The position numbers and the translations under genes were made by a program. A stretch of 63,648 nt of DNA, filler included, from Lama guanicoe (lineage: Eukaryota): the NCBI GenBank assembly GCA_013239625.1. It is 160 parts of 160 records of this genome, joined end to end, with 100 filler letters (N's around TTAATTAATTAA, not from the genome) between each part and the next. Parts side by side here need not be neighbours in the genome. Positions count along the whole stretch, not along the records: positions 24,668 to 24,965 come from PNXV01054275.1; positions 25,066 to 25,363 come from PNXV01054276.1; positions 25,464 to 25,761 come from PNXV01054277.1; positions 25,862 to 26,159 come from PNXV01054278.1; positions 26,260 to 26,557 come from PNXV01054279.1; positions 26,658 to 26,955 come from PNXV01054280.1; positions 27,056 to 27,353 come from PNXV01054281.1; positions 27,454 to 27,751 come from PNXV01054282.1; 152 more parts are not named here. One strand, given 5' to 3'. This document shows positions 24,806-37,714 of this stretch, in pieces. Below the pieces are notes generated by a model. The model saw only the letters and a list, made by a program, of their open reading frames with translations, was not told where the DNA came from and searched no databases. Numbering within the stretch: position 1 is the stretch's first letter; every line of letters starts with the position of its first letter.

Positions 24806-25065
24806 ACTGTGTTATAACTATGGGTCTCAGTTCCCAGACACCAGCCTAGTGGGATTGTTGATGGGATTTTATAATCTTTACCTAATTGTAAGTCTTACAA
24901 AGACAATTGAGTGCATATTTGCATAATTCCCTCACTAGTAAATTAAGTACATTGTTTCTTTTATTNNNNNNNNNNNNNNNNNNNNNNNNNNNNNNNNNNN
25001 NNNNNNNNNTTAATTAATTAANNNNNNNNNNNNNNNNNNNNNNNNNNNNNNNNNNNNNNNNNNNN

Positions 25066-25363
25066 ATGAACATACATATATTCATTGTCACATTTTTTCT
25101 GCTGTGAGCTTCCACAAGATCTTGTATATATTTCCCTGTGCTATACCATATATGATCTTGTTTATTTTCCTCTTTGTTAATAAAAAATTTAGTGCTATAA
25201 ATTTCCCTCTCAGCACTTTAGATGCTTCCTACAATTTTATCAAAATTTTCATTTTCATTCACTTATGTGTATGTTTTAAATTTGAGACTTCCTTTTTTAA
25301 CCAGTTGGTTAATTAGGAGTGTGTTGTCTAGTTTCCATGTGTTTAAGGATGTTTCTATTGTCT
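25066..25363 (-). mobile_element. Young L1 3' tail joined to an older L1 ORF2 fragment
   Basis: atatttccctgtgctatac (L1 3' UTR) followed by gctataaatttccctctcagcac (old L1). Confidence 0.7.
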
Positions 25364-26259
25364 NNNNNNNNNNNNNNNNNNNNNNNNNNNNNNNNNNNNN
25401 NNNNNNNTTAATTAATTAANNNNNNNNNNNNNNNNNNNNNNNNNNNNNNNNNNNNNNNNNNNNATTAGGCCAGTAATTGCCATTAACATGCAAATTCTGT
25501 AGGAAAGGCTGACACTTAAAGCCTTATCAGGTGTTTCCACTTTGGAGCTAGGATGGATCAATGAAAGTAAAGTATGGTTAGTTTTGATTCAAGAAGACCA
25601 GGGGGTTGGAGAAGGGAAGAGGGAGTGCCAGGCTAGAAGGTAAAAAGACCCAAAATGGGAACTTGGGAGTCAACATAGTTTTAGATATGACACTAAAACA
25701 TAAGCAACAACAGAAAAAAGAAATCAACTTTACCAAAATTAAATGATTTTTCTGCTTCAAANNNNNNNNNNNNNNNNNNNNNNNNNNNNNNNNNNNNNNN
25801 NNNNNTTAATTAATTAANNNNNNNNNNNNNNNNNNNNNNNNNNNNNNNNNNNNNNNNNNNNACTTGCAACTTTTACCTAAGTGAGCATTCGTAGCTTGTG
25901 AGCACTTTTTTATTTCCACCTCCCCTTGCTCCTTTCTCTGGTGTGAGTGACAGTAAAAGCATTAAAAATGAAAAGAGAATGAGTACATTTATTAGGGAGA
26001 GCAAATTAAGAAAGATTTGGCGTTAAATTTCATGTTATATCAAGCTATGAATTAGAAGACATTCCAAAAGAGTGGAATGGTGGATGCAGGAAAAAAATTG
26101 TACAAGTGCATCAACCAAATGGCTCTGGCCCCTGAGCCCCAGCCCGGCCCCCAGGGCAGNNNNNNNNNNNNNNNNNNNNNNNNNNNNNNNNNNNNNNNNN
26201 NNNTTAATTAATTAANNNNNNNNNNNNNNNNNNNNNNNNNNNNNNNNNNNNNNNNNNNN

Positions 26260-26541
<282 letters not shown>

Positions 26542-28249
26542 TAGACTTTAATTTGAANNNNNNNNNNNNNNNNNNNNNNNNNNNNNNNNNNNNNNNNNNN
26601 NTTAATTAATTAANNNNNNNNNNNNNNNNNNNNNNNNNNNNNNNNNNNNNNNNNNNNGTTTTCACACGTGGCTGACGAAATCCAGAGACCTGAAAGCCTG
26701 TCTGTGGATAGAGTTGTCGCTCCGGGTGAGGAGAGCAGAGCGCGGCGGCCTTAAAGCAGGTGAGATCAATCCGGTATCAGCCCTGAGCGCGCGTTGCCAG
26801 GTCCTTCCTCCCCACGTGCACCGCCGTACCGCGAGCACCCTGTCTGCGCGCGGCCCTCGTCCCCGTGTCCACTGACCCATCCCGCACACTCCTCCCGGGC
26901 CCGCTATGTGCCACAGCTTGTGAGCAGCGCACGGACTGGGAGGGCCGGCCCATGGNNNNNNNNNNNNNNNNNNNNNNNNNNNNNNNNNNNNNNNNNNNNT
27001 TAATTAATTAANNNNNNNNNNNNNNNNNNNNNNNNNNNNNNNNNNNNNNNNNNNNTCGATCAGACTTTTACTGTGAGGCATTAAACCGCTAATTAAAAGT
27101 TGAAATATTACAGCACAGCCCATGATATGTGAGGAGTCACCAAGCTTAACAAAACCCATTTTTCATCAATTTCCATCCTCCTACGATTGTCGATACCACT
27201 AACAGAATGCTTCGTAATAGTCTTGTGGTTAATTATGCAAATGATAGATTGTGATAATCGGTCCAGTTTTACGAACAACAGTTTTTTAAATTAGGGAGGT
27301 TAACAAGGGAGGTGAATACTCTGCCTCGTGTGCTGTGCGCTCTTTGAACGCAGNNNNNNNNNNNNNNNNNNNNNNNNNNNNNNNNNNNNNNNNNNNNTTA
27401 ATTAATTAANNNNNNNNNNNNNNNNNNNNNNNNNNNNNNNNNNNNNNNNNNNNACACTGTCTTATCTGCAGTGTATCCTTCGGAACAGGCAGGACGTAAA
27501 CTCCAATATAAATGTGTGATGATCTCATGACCTGGTGAAGGCAGGTTGGGAGAACAGCTACTGTTGTTGTCAGGACACAGGCTTAGGTACCAACCCTGAC
27601 ACATCTACTTAAATCATCTTAAACCCTTTAAGCCACGGTCCCAGCTGAAAACTAGAAATGGTAACAATACTGCTGGAAGATTAAATGAGATAATCTGTTC
27701 CAGGCACCTAACATGTAAAGTCTACAGAATGCCTGTCTCCTTCCCCCTTCCNNNNNNNNNNNNNNNNNNNNNNNNNNNNNNNNNNNNNNNNNNNNTTAAT
27801 TAATTAANNNNNNNNNNNNNNNNNNNNNNNNNNNNNNNNNNNNNNNNNNNNGTTCTGTGGTCATACACCCTCCTTGTGAGATAGTGTATTATTTATCACC
27901 AGCTCCTCAGCCATTGGTGTCAGGACAATCAAACCTTTGTATCCACAGTTTGTTCTTTGAAAGCCCTCTCAGCCATCGCCTCATTTTGCCTGCTCACCAA
28001 GCCTGCAAAGGAAGGCTTTTTCCAGACCTCACATAGATTTAGAGGAGGAACGGAAGTGGAACCTACATCTCCCAGCCCATGTGTCCTTTTTTTCAGCCCA
28101 CATACTCTTCAGATGGTTACCAATCAACATTTCCCTCCACCCCAACCCANNNNNNNNNNNNNNNNNNNNNNNNNNNNNNNNNNNNNNNNNNNNTTAATTA
28201 ATTAANNNNNNNNNNNNNNNNNNNNNNNNNNNNNNNNNNNNNNNNNNNN

Positions 28250-28547
28250 AAATAAACAACCCAATTTAAATGGTGACTATCTTGAAGAGACGCCTCACTG
28301 AAGATACAAGAATAGCAAACAAACACTTGAAGAGTTGCTAAATATCACTACCTATCAGGGAAATGTGAAGTAAAACCACAATGACATTTCACTATGTACT
28401 TTAGAATATATAATGTCAAACAGACCAACAAAACTAAGTGTTGACAAGGATAAGGAAGGACTAGAAATCTCACATACTGCTGCTGGAATTGTAAAACTGT
28501 ACAACCACTTTGGAAAACAGTTTGGCAGTTTTCAAGAACTCATTCAT
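28250..28547 (+). mobile_element. Old LINE-1 ORF2 C-terminal fragment
   Basis: atcagggaaatg..taaaaccacaatga; caaccactttggaaaacagtttggcag. Confidence 0.85.
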
Positions 28548-28647
28548 NNNNNNNNNNNNNNNNNNNNNNNNNNNNNNNNNNNNNNNNNNNNTTAATTAAT
28601 TAANNNNNNNNNNNNNNNNNNNNNNNNNNNNNNNNNNNNNNNNNNNN

Positions 28648-28945
28648 TTGCCTATGTTCTCTTCTAGGAGATTTATAGTGTCTTGTCTTATGTTTATATC
28701 TTTAACCCATTTTGAATTTATTTCTATGTGTGGTATGAGGTAATGGTCTAACTTTATTGATATACATGCACTGTCCCACTTTCCCAACACCATTTGCCGA
28801 AGAGACAATCTTTTCTCCATTGTATATTTTTGCCTTCTTTGTTAAAGATTAACTGACCATAGGTGTGTAGGTTTATTTCTGAGCTCTCTATTCTGGTCCA
28901 TTGATCCATATGTCTGTTTTTGTGCCAACACCATGCTATTTTAAT
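28648..28945 (-). mobile_element. LINE-1 ORF2 fragment
   Basis: Relic [30 protein letters not shown]. Confidence 0.9.
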
Positions 28946-29045
28946 NNNNNNNNNNNNNNNNNNNNNNNNNNNNNNNNNNNNNNNNNNNNTTAATTAATTA
29001 ANNNNNNNNNNNNNNNNNNNNNNNNNNNNNNNNNNNNNNNNNNNN

Positions 29046-29342
29046 GTGGGGAGGTTCCACCAACGGTCGGCAGCACGAGGGTTCTAACGGAATCCCTTAG
29101 CACGTCTCCCCTGAGAGTTTTCCTATGTCAGGCTGTCAGGGAAAGCTAGGGGGTTGCTGGAAAGCCCAGTGACAGCGGCTGCCTCCCCATGTTCAGGGAA
29201 GGAAATTATCGGTCTTCCCCCTAACAGGGAACAACTGTGACTCAAGATAGCTGCATGGTGCAGTCTCTCGTGCTCCCCCAAACACACAGAAGGGTTCCGG
29301 AATACTGAGCGTGGGGAGGTTCCACTAAAGGTCGGTAGCGCG
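29046..29342 (+). repeat. Satellite monomer (265-bp period)
   Basis: GTGGGGAGGTTCCAC..A.GGTCGG.AGC.CG at 29046 and again at 29311. Confidence 0.9.
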
Positions 29343-31434
29343 NNNNNNNNNNNNNNNNNNNNNNNNNNNNNNNNNNNNNNNNNNNNTTAATTAATTAANN
29401 NNNNNNNNNNNNNNNNNNNNNNNNNNNNNNNNNNNNNNNNNNAGAGGAGGTATTGATCACATATCTGCATACAGTTCATTTAAATCTAATGTGTACACGG
29501 AAGAAATGAATAAACAAGGAGAGAAGAGGCTGGCGCGAGCCAGCAAGCAAAACACACTGAAGTAATAAAAATGGCCGGGGATTTAGAATATCAAATAATA
29601 TCTTTTTGCAAACGTTAATGAAAGTGTCTTCTGAACGAATGAGAAAACACAAAGCAGAAACTTTGCTGTAGCGCATGTTCCACCTACATCAAGACAGACC
29701 ACTGGTCTGATGAAAATAACAGAACTTTCCACCCCCCCTCNNNNNNNNNNNNNNNNNNNNNNNNNNNNNNNNNNNNNNNNNNNNTTAATTAATTAANNNN
29801 NNNNNNNNNNNNNNNNNNNNNNNNNNNNNNNNNNNNNNNNATTTAAGGAATGATGGGAAGTGGTGCCTATAAATCATTATTGCTCAAATGACTAGAAATC
29901 TTATTAATTAGCAAGGAGAGGTTCTTCTCAGGAAAGAATCTTTTTTTTCTCTTCTCTTGGAAAGTTGCTAGCTGAATTTTTAAGTGAAGTGTTAACAAGT
30001 TATCCCACTTCTGCTAATCTAAAGATGGACTCTTGTCCTTATTCTGTATCTCAGAACTTTCTTTATGTTCTACATAAGAAACCCTAGTTTTTCTAAAGGG
30101 AAAGCTGGCTGTTCTTCTAGAATCTCTGTGCATAATTTNNNNNNNNNNNNNNNNNNNNNNNNNNNNNNNNNNNNNNNNNNNNTTAATTAATTAANNNNNN
30201 NNNNNNNNNNNNNNNNNNNNNNNNNNNNNNNNNNNNNNCCCATCTTTGGAGCCCGAGAGACCAGCTCAGAAGACACAGTTGATGTATGCGACAAGGCTAC
30301 ACCTGCCACCAGGGCTATTTTGCAAGTTTTGTTAGACATCAGTAAGGCTCCAGAAACTCAGTCTTTCCTCCAGCCAGCCCAGACCTGCTGGAGCTGCTTG
30401 CTGAAGGTCACTGTGGACCGCGTTAAGGGCTGGTTACTCAGGCAGGCCTGTCGTGCAGCGGGGACTGAGACTGGAGGGGTCAGCCGTGAGGACACGAGCA
30501 GCTGGGACCCTGCATCCGGTCCGCAGAGCAGCCGATNNNNNNNNNNNNNNNNNNNNNNNNNNNNNNNNNNNNNNNNNNNNTTAATTAATTAANNNNNNNN
30601 NNNNNNNNNNNNNNNNNNNNNNNNNNNNNNNNNNNNTAAGATAATGGTAGTAAGCATCCTGAAATGTCCTATGCATATTTGAAAGGTTACATTAAAATAT
30701 AATCTAGTAGTCTTTGGCCAGGTTTCTTGATTTTTTTTTTTTTTTAAGTCTTGGACCCTTCTCTTTTATCACCAGAATTACTTGTCTTTATGATTGAGAT
30801 TTTTTTTTGTAATAAAGATGTTTTATTCCTTCATTTATTTTAAAATGCTTTCATCCTAGAAAGCATGGTGCTAATTTTAATAAGTGAATTTTATATAATC
30901 TGGCCCAGTGAGATATGTATTTCTGCTTGTTAAACNNNNNNNNNNNNNNNNNNNNNNNNNNNNNNNNNNNNNNNNNNNNTTAATTAATTAANNNNNNNNN
31001 NNNNNNNNNNNNNNNNNNNNNNNNNNNNNNNNNNNTTATGAAAGGTACCAATAGATTATTTCAAAATTTAAAAATCGGTGTGATAGATTGATTATCACAA
31101 AGCGTAATGTATGTGGCTCTACCTCCAGGTTCCATTCTAATTTTTCCTTCTGTCACTGGTGTCAGTGGTTTAGCAACCTCAAGTAACAGGTGGCCTCGGA
31201 GCCACACTGACTGTTCATCCCTATTTTCCTTATCTTTCATTCTTCCCAAAGGAATCATTAGTTAGTATTGAATCATGAAGTTGTCGTCATTTGAATTATC
31301 CTAGTGCCACCTATGGAAAATTGGATAATTGAAGNNNNNNNNNNNNNNNNNNNNNNNNNNNNNNNNNNNNNNNNNNNNTTAATTAATTAANNNNNNNNNN
31401 NNNNNNNNNNNNNNNNNNNNNNNNNNNNNNNNNN

Positions 31435-31483
31435 TCCTCCTCCACCTCCTCCTCCTCCACCTCCTCCTCCTCCTCCTCCACCT
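31435..31483. repeat. (CCT)n/(CCA) simple repeat
   Basis: tcctcctccacctcctcctcctccacc... Confidence 0.9.
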
Positions 31484-31971
31484 GTGACCCTGAAAAGTCA
31501 AAATGTCTCACGTTCTGGTTTACCGATGCCTTAATCTGAAATTCATCCAGTGCTATTGTAATTTCTGTATGTTATTTGTGTCCCTAAATGTCAGTTCTTT
31601 TCTGTTTTCTAATGTTTCCAGCCAGCAAAACAAGGTGTAAGGATATTGCAGGCCCAAACAAATAAAAATCTTTCTTTCCAATTAATGGAACACAGTTGTT
31701 CCAGGAAACACTAGGCATAAAGGGGAAGTCAANNNNNNNNNNNNNNNNNNNNNNNNNNNNNNNNNNNNNNNNNNNNTTAATTAATTAANNNNNNNNNNNN
31801 NNNNNNNNNNNNNNNNNNNNNNNNNNNNNNNNAAAAGAGCCAGTTTTTATAGTGAACTAAAGATAGCATTGGAGAGGAACCTAGAGAGCAATGTGTTTTT
31901 GACATGGGAGAGAAACTATCTAAAATGCTTCTTACGTGTCAACACTGACTGTTATAAATTTCTTTGCACAG

Positions 31972-32097
31972 CTCTGGACCCATGCGTGCTTGGCACACAC
32001 CAGTGCCAGCACGTGTGTGTCAGTGACGGGGGAGGCAAGCACCACTGTGAGTGCAGCCAAGGCTATTCCCCGAATGCTGACAAGAAGACGTGTTCAG
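31972..32097 (+). CDS. MATN3: Matrilin-3 first EGF-like domain exon (126 nt, phase 1-1)
   Basis: ttctttgcacag|..LDPCVLGTHQCQHVCVSDGGGKHHCECSQGYSPNADKKTCS|gtgagg; six EGF cysteines; near-identical to recalled human MATN3 EGF1. Confidence 0.92.
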
Positions 32098-33028
32098 GTG
32101 AGGCCTGCTTAGGGGATGGCGGCTGACTGCNNNNNNNNNNNNNNNNNNNNNNNNNNNNNNNNNNNNNNNNNNNNTTAATTAATTAANNNNNNNNNNNNNN
32201 NNNNNNNNNNNNNNNNNNNNNNNNNNNNNNCTAGTCGCCTTTCTTGAGTGTTGCTCTGGGTCTCATCACAGCCAGACCCAGCAGGACCTGTGTGCCTGGA
32301 CCTGCCTCGCTTTGTGTCTGTGGACCGTGGCCACCTGTCTGAGACCAAGGCCGGCGCTCCTCTGGCTCTGCCTTTGGTCTGGGGTTCTGGCTTCCATTTC
32401 CCTAACGTTGCCCCTCCGGTGTCCTTTCAGAATTCTTCTCCCTGACTATTCTTTGCACATTAGAAATCCTTGTGGTTGCATCCATCACTTGTGGCTCGTT
32501 CTGCCCACTCTTCTTGAGTTTCCTCACCCNNNNNNNNNNNNNNNNNNNNNNNNNNNNNNNNNNNNNNNNNNNNTTAATTAATTAANNNNNNNNNNNNNNN
32601 NNNNNNNNNNNNNNNNNNNNNNNNNNNNNTGAAAGAACACCACGTCCAAACTTCTTTCGTAAAGTCCCACTAAGGCTATGTATCTAATCCAGATACAGTT
32701 TTTTACATGCAGATGAAGGTCTGTGTCATCCACGGCTGTTTAACAACCTGGGTGTAGCAAAGCCTCTTGTAGCAGAAGACCTACGGCCACTGGTCCTCCA
32801 CTCACTTGACTGTGTGTATCACTCGCTGGTTATTTGATTCATTGACTACAAGAACACCGCGCCTAAAATTTCTTTCATTCAGTTAGTTACAACAGGCATG
32901 CCTGTCTATGTAAGCATGAAAGACAGACNNNNNNNNNNNNNNNNNNNNNNNNNNNNNNNNNNNNNNNNNNNNTTAATTAATTAANNNNNNNNNNNNNNNN
33001 NNNNNNNNNNNNNNNNNNNNNNNNNNNN

Positions 33029-33140
33029 TATACATTCTGATTCAATAAATCTGGAGTGGTGACTGAGATTCTGCATCCCTCTCCAACTTCCAGTTGATGT
33101 CAAAGCTTCAGGTCAGAGGACTACATGTTGAATAGCAACT
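33029..33140. mobile_element. MER5-family MITE fragment
   Basis: ttctgattcaataaatctggagtgg..ctgagattctgcat..gaggactacatgttgaatagcaa. Confidence 0.65.
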
Positions 33141-34224
33141 TTCAATAGGACTGAGAATACGGGACATCAATTACCCACCTTATCTATTACTGTCAAATGT
33201 CTTTAGCCCTGGCAAAAAGTTCAAGCCTGGCAAATCTGCAGGTCTCCCTTGTGAAATAAGAAGTTTAACCAGATAATCTCCAGTAGTCTATAACACTAAA
33301 AAGTATGAGTCTGTAAAGTTTACAGGNNNNNNNNNNNNNNNNNNNNNNNNNNNNNNNNNNNNNNNNNNNNTTAATTAATTAANNNNNNNNNNNNNNNNNN
33401 NNNNNNNNNNNNNNNNNNNNNNNNNNGGTGTTCACCTTTAGCACAGAAACCTTAGAAACAATGAAAAGCATGCAGCACCTGATTGCAAACAGGAGGGGCT
33501 TGTGTGGGGAGAGGACCTCACACTTCTTTCTACAGCCCCAGGGGGGCCCCAGGGACCTGGCTTGTTCCCACATTGAGGGCCCACCCAGCACAGTGATGGT
33601 GTCCTGACAAGGGGACGTGTGACCCCAGGTGCAGGGTCTGGGGACTGTCTGGTCTCACCCCAACTGTATGGGTCATGCTCATGTGCAGGGGGAGACCCCA
33701 TACATGCTCTTACCTGCAGCGTCTCNNNNNNNNNNNNNNNNNNNNNNNNNNNNNNNNNNNNNNNNNNNNTTAATTAATTAANNNNNNNNNNNNNNNNNNN
33801 NNNNNNNNNNNNNNNNNNNNNNNNNATTTAACTCCACAAGTTTCAGACAACAAAGGTTGTTCTCCACCCACCGTGGGGCACTGCTTCTTACCAGAGAGGC
33901 TTCTCACACTGGTGACTAGGGGGACCCTAACATCACAGAATTACAGATTTGAGTATGTTAATTCTGTTTTCAACTCCATTGCTACATCTGATCTGGGTGA
34001 AATTAATCTTGCGAGCCCTCAGATCCTTAGTTAAAAATCAAGCCCAATGATGTTTCAGTCCTTTTCCACTTCTTGCTCTCGCTGGCTACACTGCAGCTCG
34101 TGGAGAGATCACTGCTTACTCACANNNNNNNNNNNNNNNNNNNNNNNNNNNNNNNNNNNNNNNNNNNNTTAATTAATTAANNNNNNNNNNNNNNNNNNNN
34201 NNNNNNNNNNNNNNNNNNNNNNNN

Positions 34225-34523
34225 TCTGGATAGAACAACCAGACAAAAGATCAGAAAGCAGATAGAGGACTTGAACTCAACGCTACAGATCAACTGGACC
34301 TAACAGGCATATACAAAATAACAACAACTGCAATCAACAATCAACAACTGCAAAATACATATTTTTCTCAAGTCCATGTAGAATATTCCCCAGAACAGAC
34401 CATGCGTTAGGCCATAAAACTAGTCTTAATAAATTTAAAAGGACTGAAAGCATAAAAGTATACCTTCTGAACATAATATAATGAAACTAGAAATCAATAA
34501 CAAGGAAAATGGGAATTTTTTTT
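34225..34523 (+). mobile_element. LINE-1 ORF2 endonuclease C-terminal fragment
   Basis: gaccatgcgttaggccataaaac (DH.LGHK); aaactagaaatcaataac. Confidence 0.85.
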
Positions 34524-34833
34524 NNNNNNNNNNNNNNNNNNNNNNNNNNNNNNNNNNNNNNNNNNNNTTAATTAATTAANNNNNNNNNNNNNNNNNNNNN
34601 NNNNNNNNNNNNNNNNNNNNNNNAAGACAAACTCTGCTCTGAAGAAAGACTTCTCTGCTATCATCACAATCAGTCAAAAGCTTGAACACTTCTATTATTG
34701 GTGTCCGTCATTAAGGGTTTTCAGGACCAAAATCCAGAAACCACCAGAGCAGTGCCGGCACCTGGCTGCCTGGAGTGCAAGTGACAAGATCGCCTCTCAG
34801 TCCAGAGAGGCAGTCAAGACTGGGCTACCCCTC

Positions 34834-34921
34834 GGGGGAGAGTGTAGCTCAGTGGTGGAGCGCATGCCTAGCACGCACAAGGTCCTGGGTTCAATCCCCA
34901 CTACCTCCACCAGTCAACAAA
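34834..34921 (+). mobile_element. Vic-1-like SINE
   Basis: ggggagagtgtagctcagtggtggagcgcatgcctagcacgcacaaggtcctgggttcaatcccca. Confidence 0.85.
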
Positions 34922-35079
34922 NNNNNNNNNNNNNNNNNNNNNNNNNNNNNNNNNNNNNNNNNNNNTTAATTAATTAANNNNNNNNNNNNNNNNNNNNNNN
35001 NNNNNNNNNNNNNNNNNNNNNACCTCCAGTGCCCCCTGTACTTCTAGAATCAGACCACTCCTCATCCAGACGTGGTATC

Positions 35080-35320
35080 TAATCACCTCCCACCTCCTTG
35101 AATCTGGGTGGATTTGCTTGTAACCAAGAGTGTGGTAGAGTGACTTTCTCCAAGTGACCTCCAAGGCTGTGTCAGAAAGGCAATGCAGCTTCTGCTGGTT
35201 TCTCCAGAACCCTCATGCGGGAGCCCTGAGCCCCTAGGAAGCAGTCTGACTGGCCTGAAGCCGCCATGCTGTGAGGAAGTCCAAACTAGACCACAGACAG
35301 GTCCCACGGCCAAGCTCTGA
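35080..35320 (+). mobile_element. MLT1-type LTR fragment
   Basis: tcccacctccttgaatctggg; gccgccatgctgtgaggaagtccaaactag. Confidence 0.75.
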
Positions 35321-37415
35321 NNNNNNNNNNNNNNNNNNNNNNNNNNNNNNNNNNNNNNNNNNNNTTAATTAATTAANNNNNNNNNNNNNNNNNNNNNNNN
35401 NNNNNNNNNNNNNNNNNNNNAAAAAAAAGCCAAATATCTAAGCATCTTTCTCAAGATCCAACAGAAACCATAGCAAATTAAAGCTAAAAATCCTAAGAGA
35501 AAAGAAATAAAAAGGAGCAGAAACCAAACAACACCAAATGAAACAAATAGAAAAAAACTCCAACACATCAAAATTTGACTATTTGGAAAGATTTATAACG
35601 TTGATGAACCCTCTAGCAATATAAAGCATGAAGGAAAAAAGGCAGTGAACAAGCACACGTTACTAGTGCAAAGAACAAAAAGGTATTACTTTAGATTCAT
35701 AGACTGGAAAAGATAATAANNNNNNNNNNNNNNNNNNNNNNNNNNNNNNNNNNNNNNNNNNNNTTAATTAATTAANNNNNNNNNNNNNNNNNNNNNNNNN
35801 NNNNNNNNNNNNNNNNNNNAAAAAAAAAAACCAAGAAACTCATCAAGGAATTCTGCCAAAACATCCTTAGCCATACAAAAACCTAGTCTAAACTTGAAAA
35901 CTACTGCTCTTTATTTGTTTATTTGTCTTTAATTCCATAGATCAAGCTCTTAGACAGGGTACCCATTCCCACTCATCCAGAGCAAAATCTAGGGTTAGGT
36001 TGGGAAGGGGAGATTGGAAGCAGATTATTCCCACTGGACATGGACAAAATCAGGAAGCCACACGGTGGTGTGTCTTCAAGGTGAGTGTACGGGGAGGTCC
36101 ATATGATGTACATAAAAANNNNNNNNNNNNNNNNNNNNNNNNNNNNNNNNNNNNNNNNNNNNTTAATTAATTAANNNNNNNNNNNNNNNNNNNNNNNNNN
36201 NNNNNNNNNNNNNNNNNNTAGCAGGGGGCTGGGCTTTTCCTCTGGGGAGGGAGGAATTCAAGAGTCCCGTCATGGGCTCTGATAACTTGGCGAGGGCCTA
36301 GAAAGCCCGTGTGAAGGTGAATCAAGCCACTGGAAAGAGGAATTTGAAGTTCTGCTGAGAAGGGAGGGCTACTGACCCAGGTTTGGACGTTATGAGCGCG
36401 TAGATGGTGCCCACAGAACAGCCTGTGACAACAACAGCTGACACGTCGGGGCCCCTCCCGCAGGGGCGGCTGCGAGGGCTTCGCGCACGCTGGCCGACTC
36501 AGGTCTTCAAGCAGTGGNNNNNNNNNNNNNNNNNNNNNNNNNNNNNNNNNNNNNNNNNNNNTTAATTAATTAANNNNNNNNNNNNNNNNNNNNNNNNNNN
36601 NNNNNNNNNNNNNNNNNTTATAGCACTGCTGGTCCTGCCTTTCAAACAGGTGGTACCAACACCCAGTAAAGCCCCAGGGAGGGATGGGGGAAGTGCTAGA
36701 GCTGAGAGGAATAAGGACAAGTTCATGGAGGAGATGTATCTCAGAGGGAGGCAGGACCTGACTAGGGCCCAGCCTTTCTTGGGGATGAGCTGGAGGGAGA
36801 CACCACTGGCATCTTAGCAGGATGCTCCTCCGGTGCAGGGACTGAATGTGCTGAGCACACATTGTAGGCAGGTCATTTGGCACGTCCGCCTCCACCACAT
36901 ACACACTGAAGGACAANNNNNNNNNNNNNNNNNNNNNNNNNNNNNNNNNNNNNNNNNNNNTTAATTAATTAANNNNNNNNNNNNNNNNNNNNNNNNNNNN
37001 NNNNNNNNNNNNNNNNGATGACAGAAAATTCAGCTATGTTCATCGGACACCATGTTGTCATAACTGATTTTGATTGAGGGCATAGGATGTAGTCATGAAA
37101 AGGAAAGTTGTCAGTCCTCAGAAAGAGGGAACTAACTATTCTTCTTGATGTCAAGCAGAGTGTGGCTGTCAGGGGGTGGCAGAGGGAGAGACCAGTAGTT
37201 GCTCGGTGCACTGGCCACACAACATGTGATGAGGAATGAGATTCAAACATCCCAGTGTGGTCCTATCACGATCACGAAGCACAAGTGAACCGCCACACCA
37301 GGTGTTATTGCCATCNNNNNNNNNNNNNNNNNNNNNNNNNNNNNNNNNNNNNNNNNNNNTTAATTAATTAANNNNNNNNNNNNNNNNNNNNNNNNNNNNN
37401 NNNNNNNNNNNNNNN

Positions 37416-37714
37416 TGGACCTTGGCCCTTGGGTGACAAGAGAGGAGCATACTGCTGGGACACACAGGACATCTGCCACAGAACGCTGCTTCTTCAAGGT
37501 CAAGAAATGTAACTAAACTACCTAAAAATACATACAGAAAGAATGAGGCAGCAGACAATATCTCCCAGGCCAAGGCACAAAGATAAAATCCCACAAGAAA
37601 TAAGTGATGAGGAGACAGGAATTTTTTCTGAGAAAGTTTTAAAGTGATGATGGTGAAGATGTTTAGAGAACTGAGGAGGAGTACAGATGCACAGAGCAAA
37701 ATTTTTAGCAAAAA
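37416..37714 (+). mobile_element. LINE-1 5' UTR / ORF1 start (old)
   Basis: aatgaggcagcagacaat..; ctgagaaagttttaaagtgatgatggtgaagatg. Confidence 0.65.

Noticed and set aside
29529..29544. GCTGGC-GCGA-GCCAGC GNRA hairpin; similar isolated stems near 2843-2868, 52284-52308 and 55887-55917
   Set aside because: Single 6-8-bp stems are expected by chance in ~48 kb; no ncRNA context.
36618..36916. Minus-strand open frame LSFSVYVVEADVPNDLPTMCAQH...
   Set aside because: Protein-like start but no family recognised; needs BLASTX.
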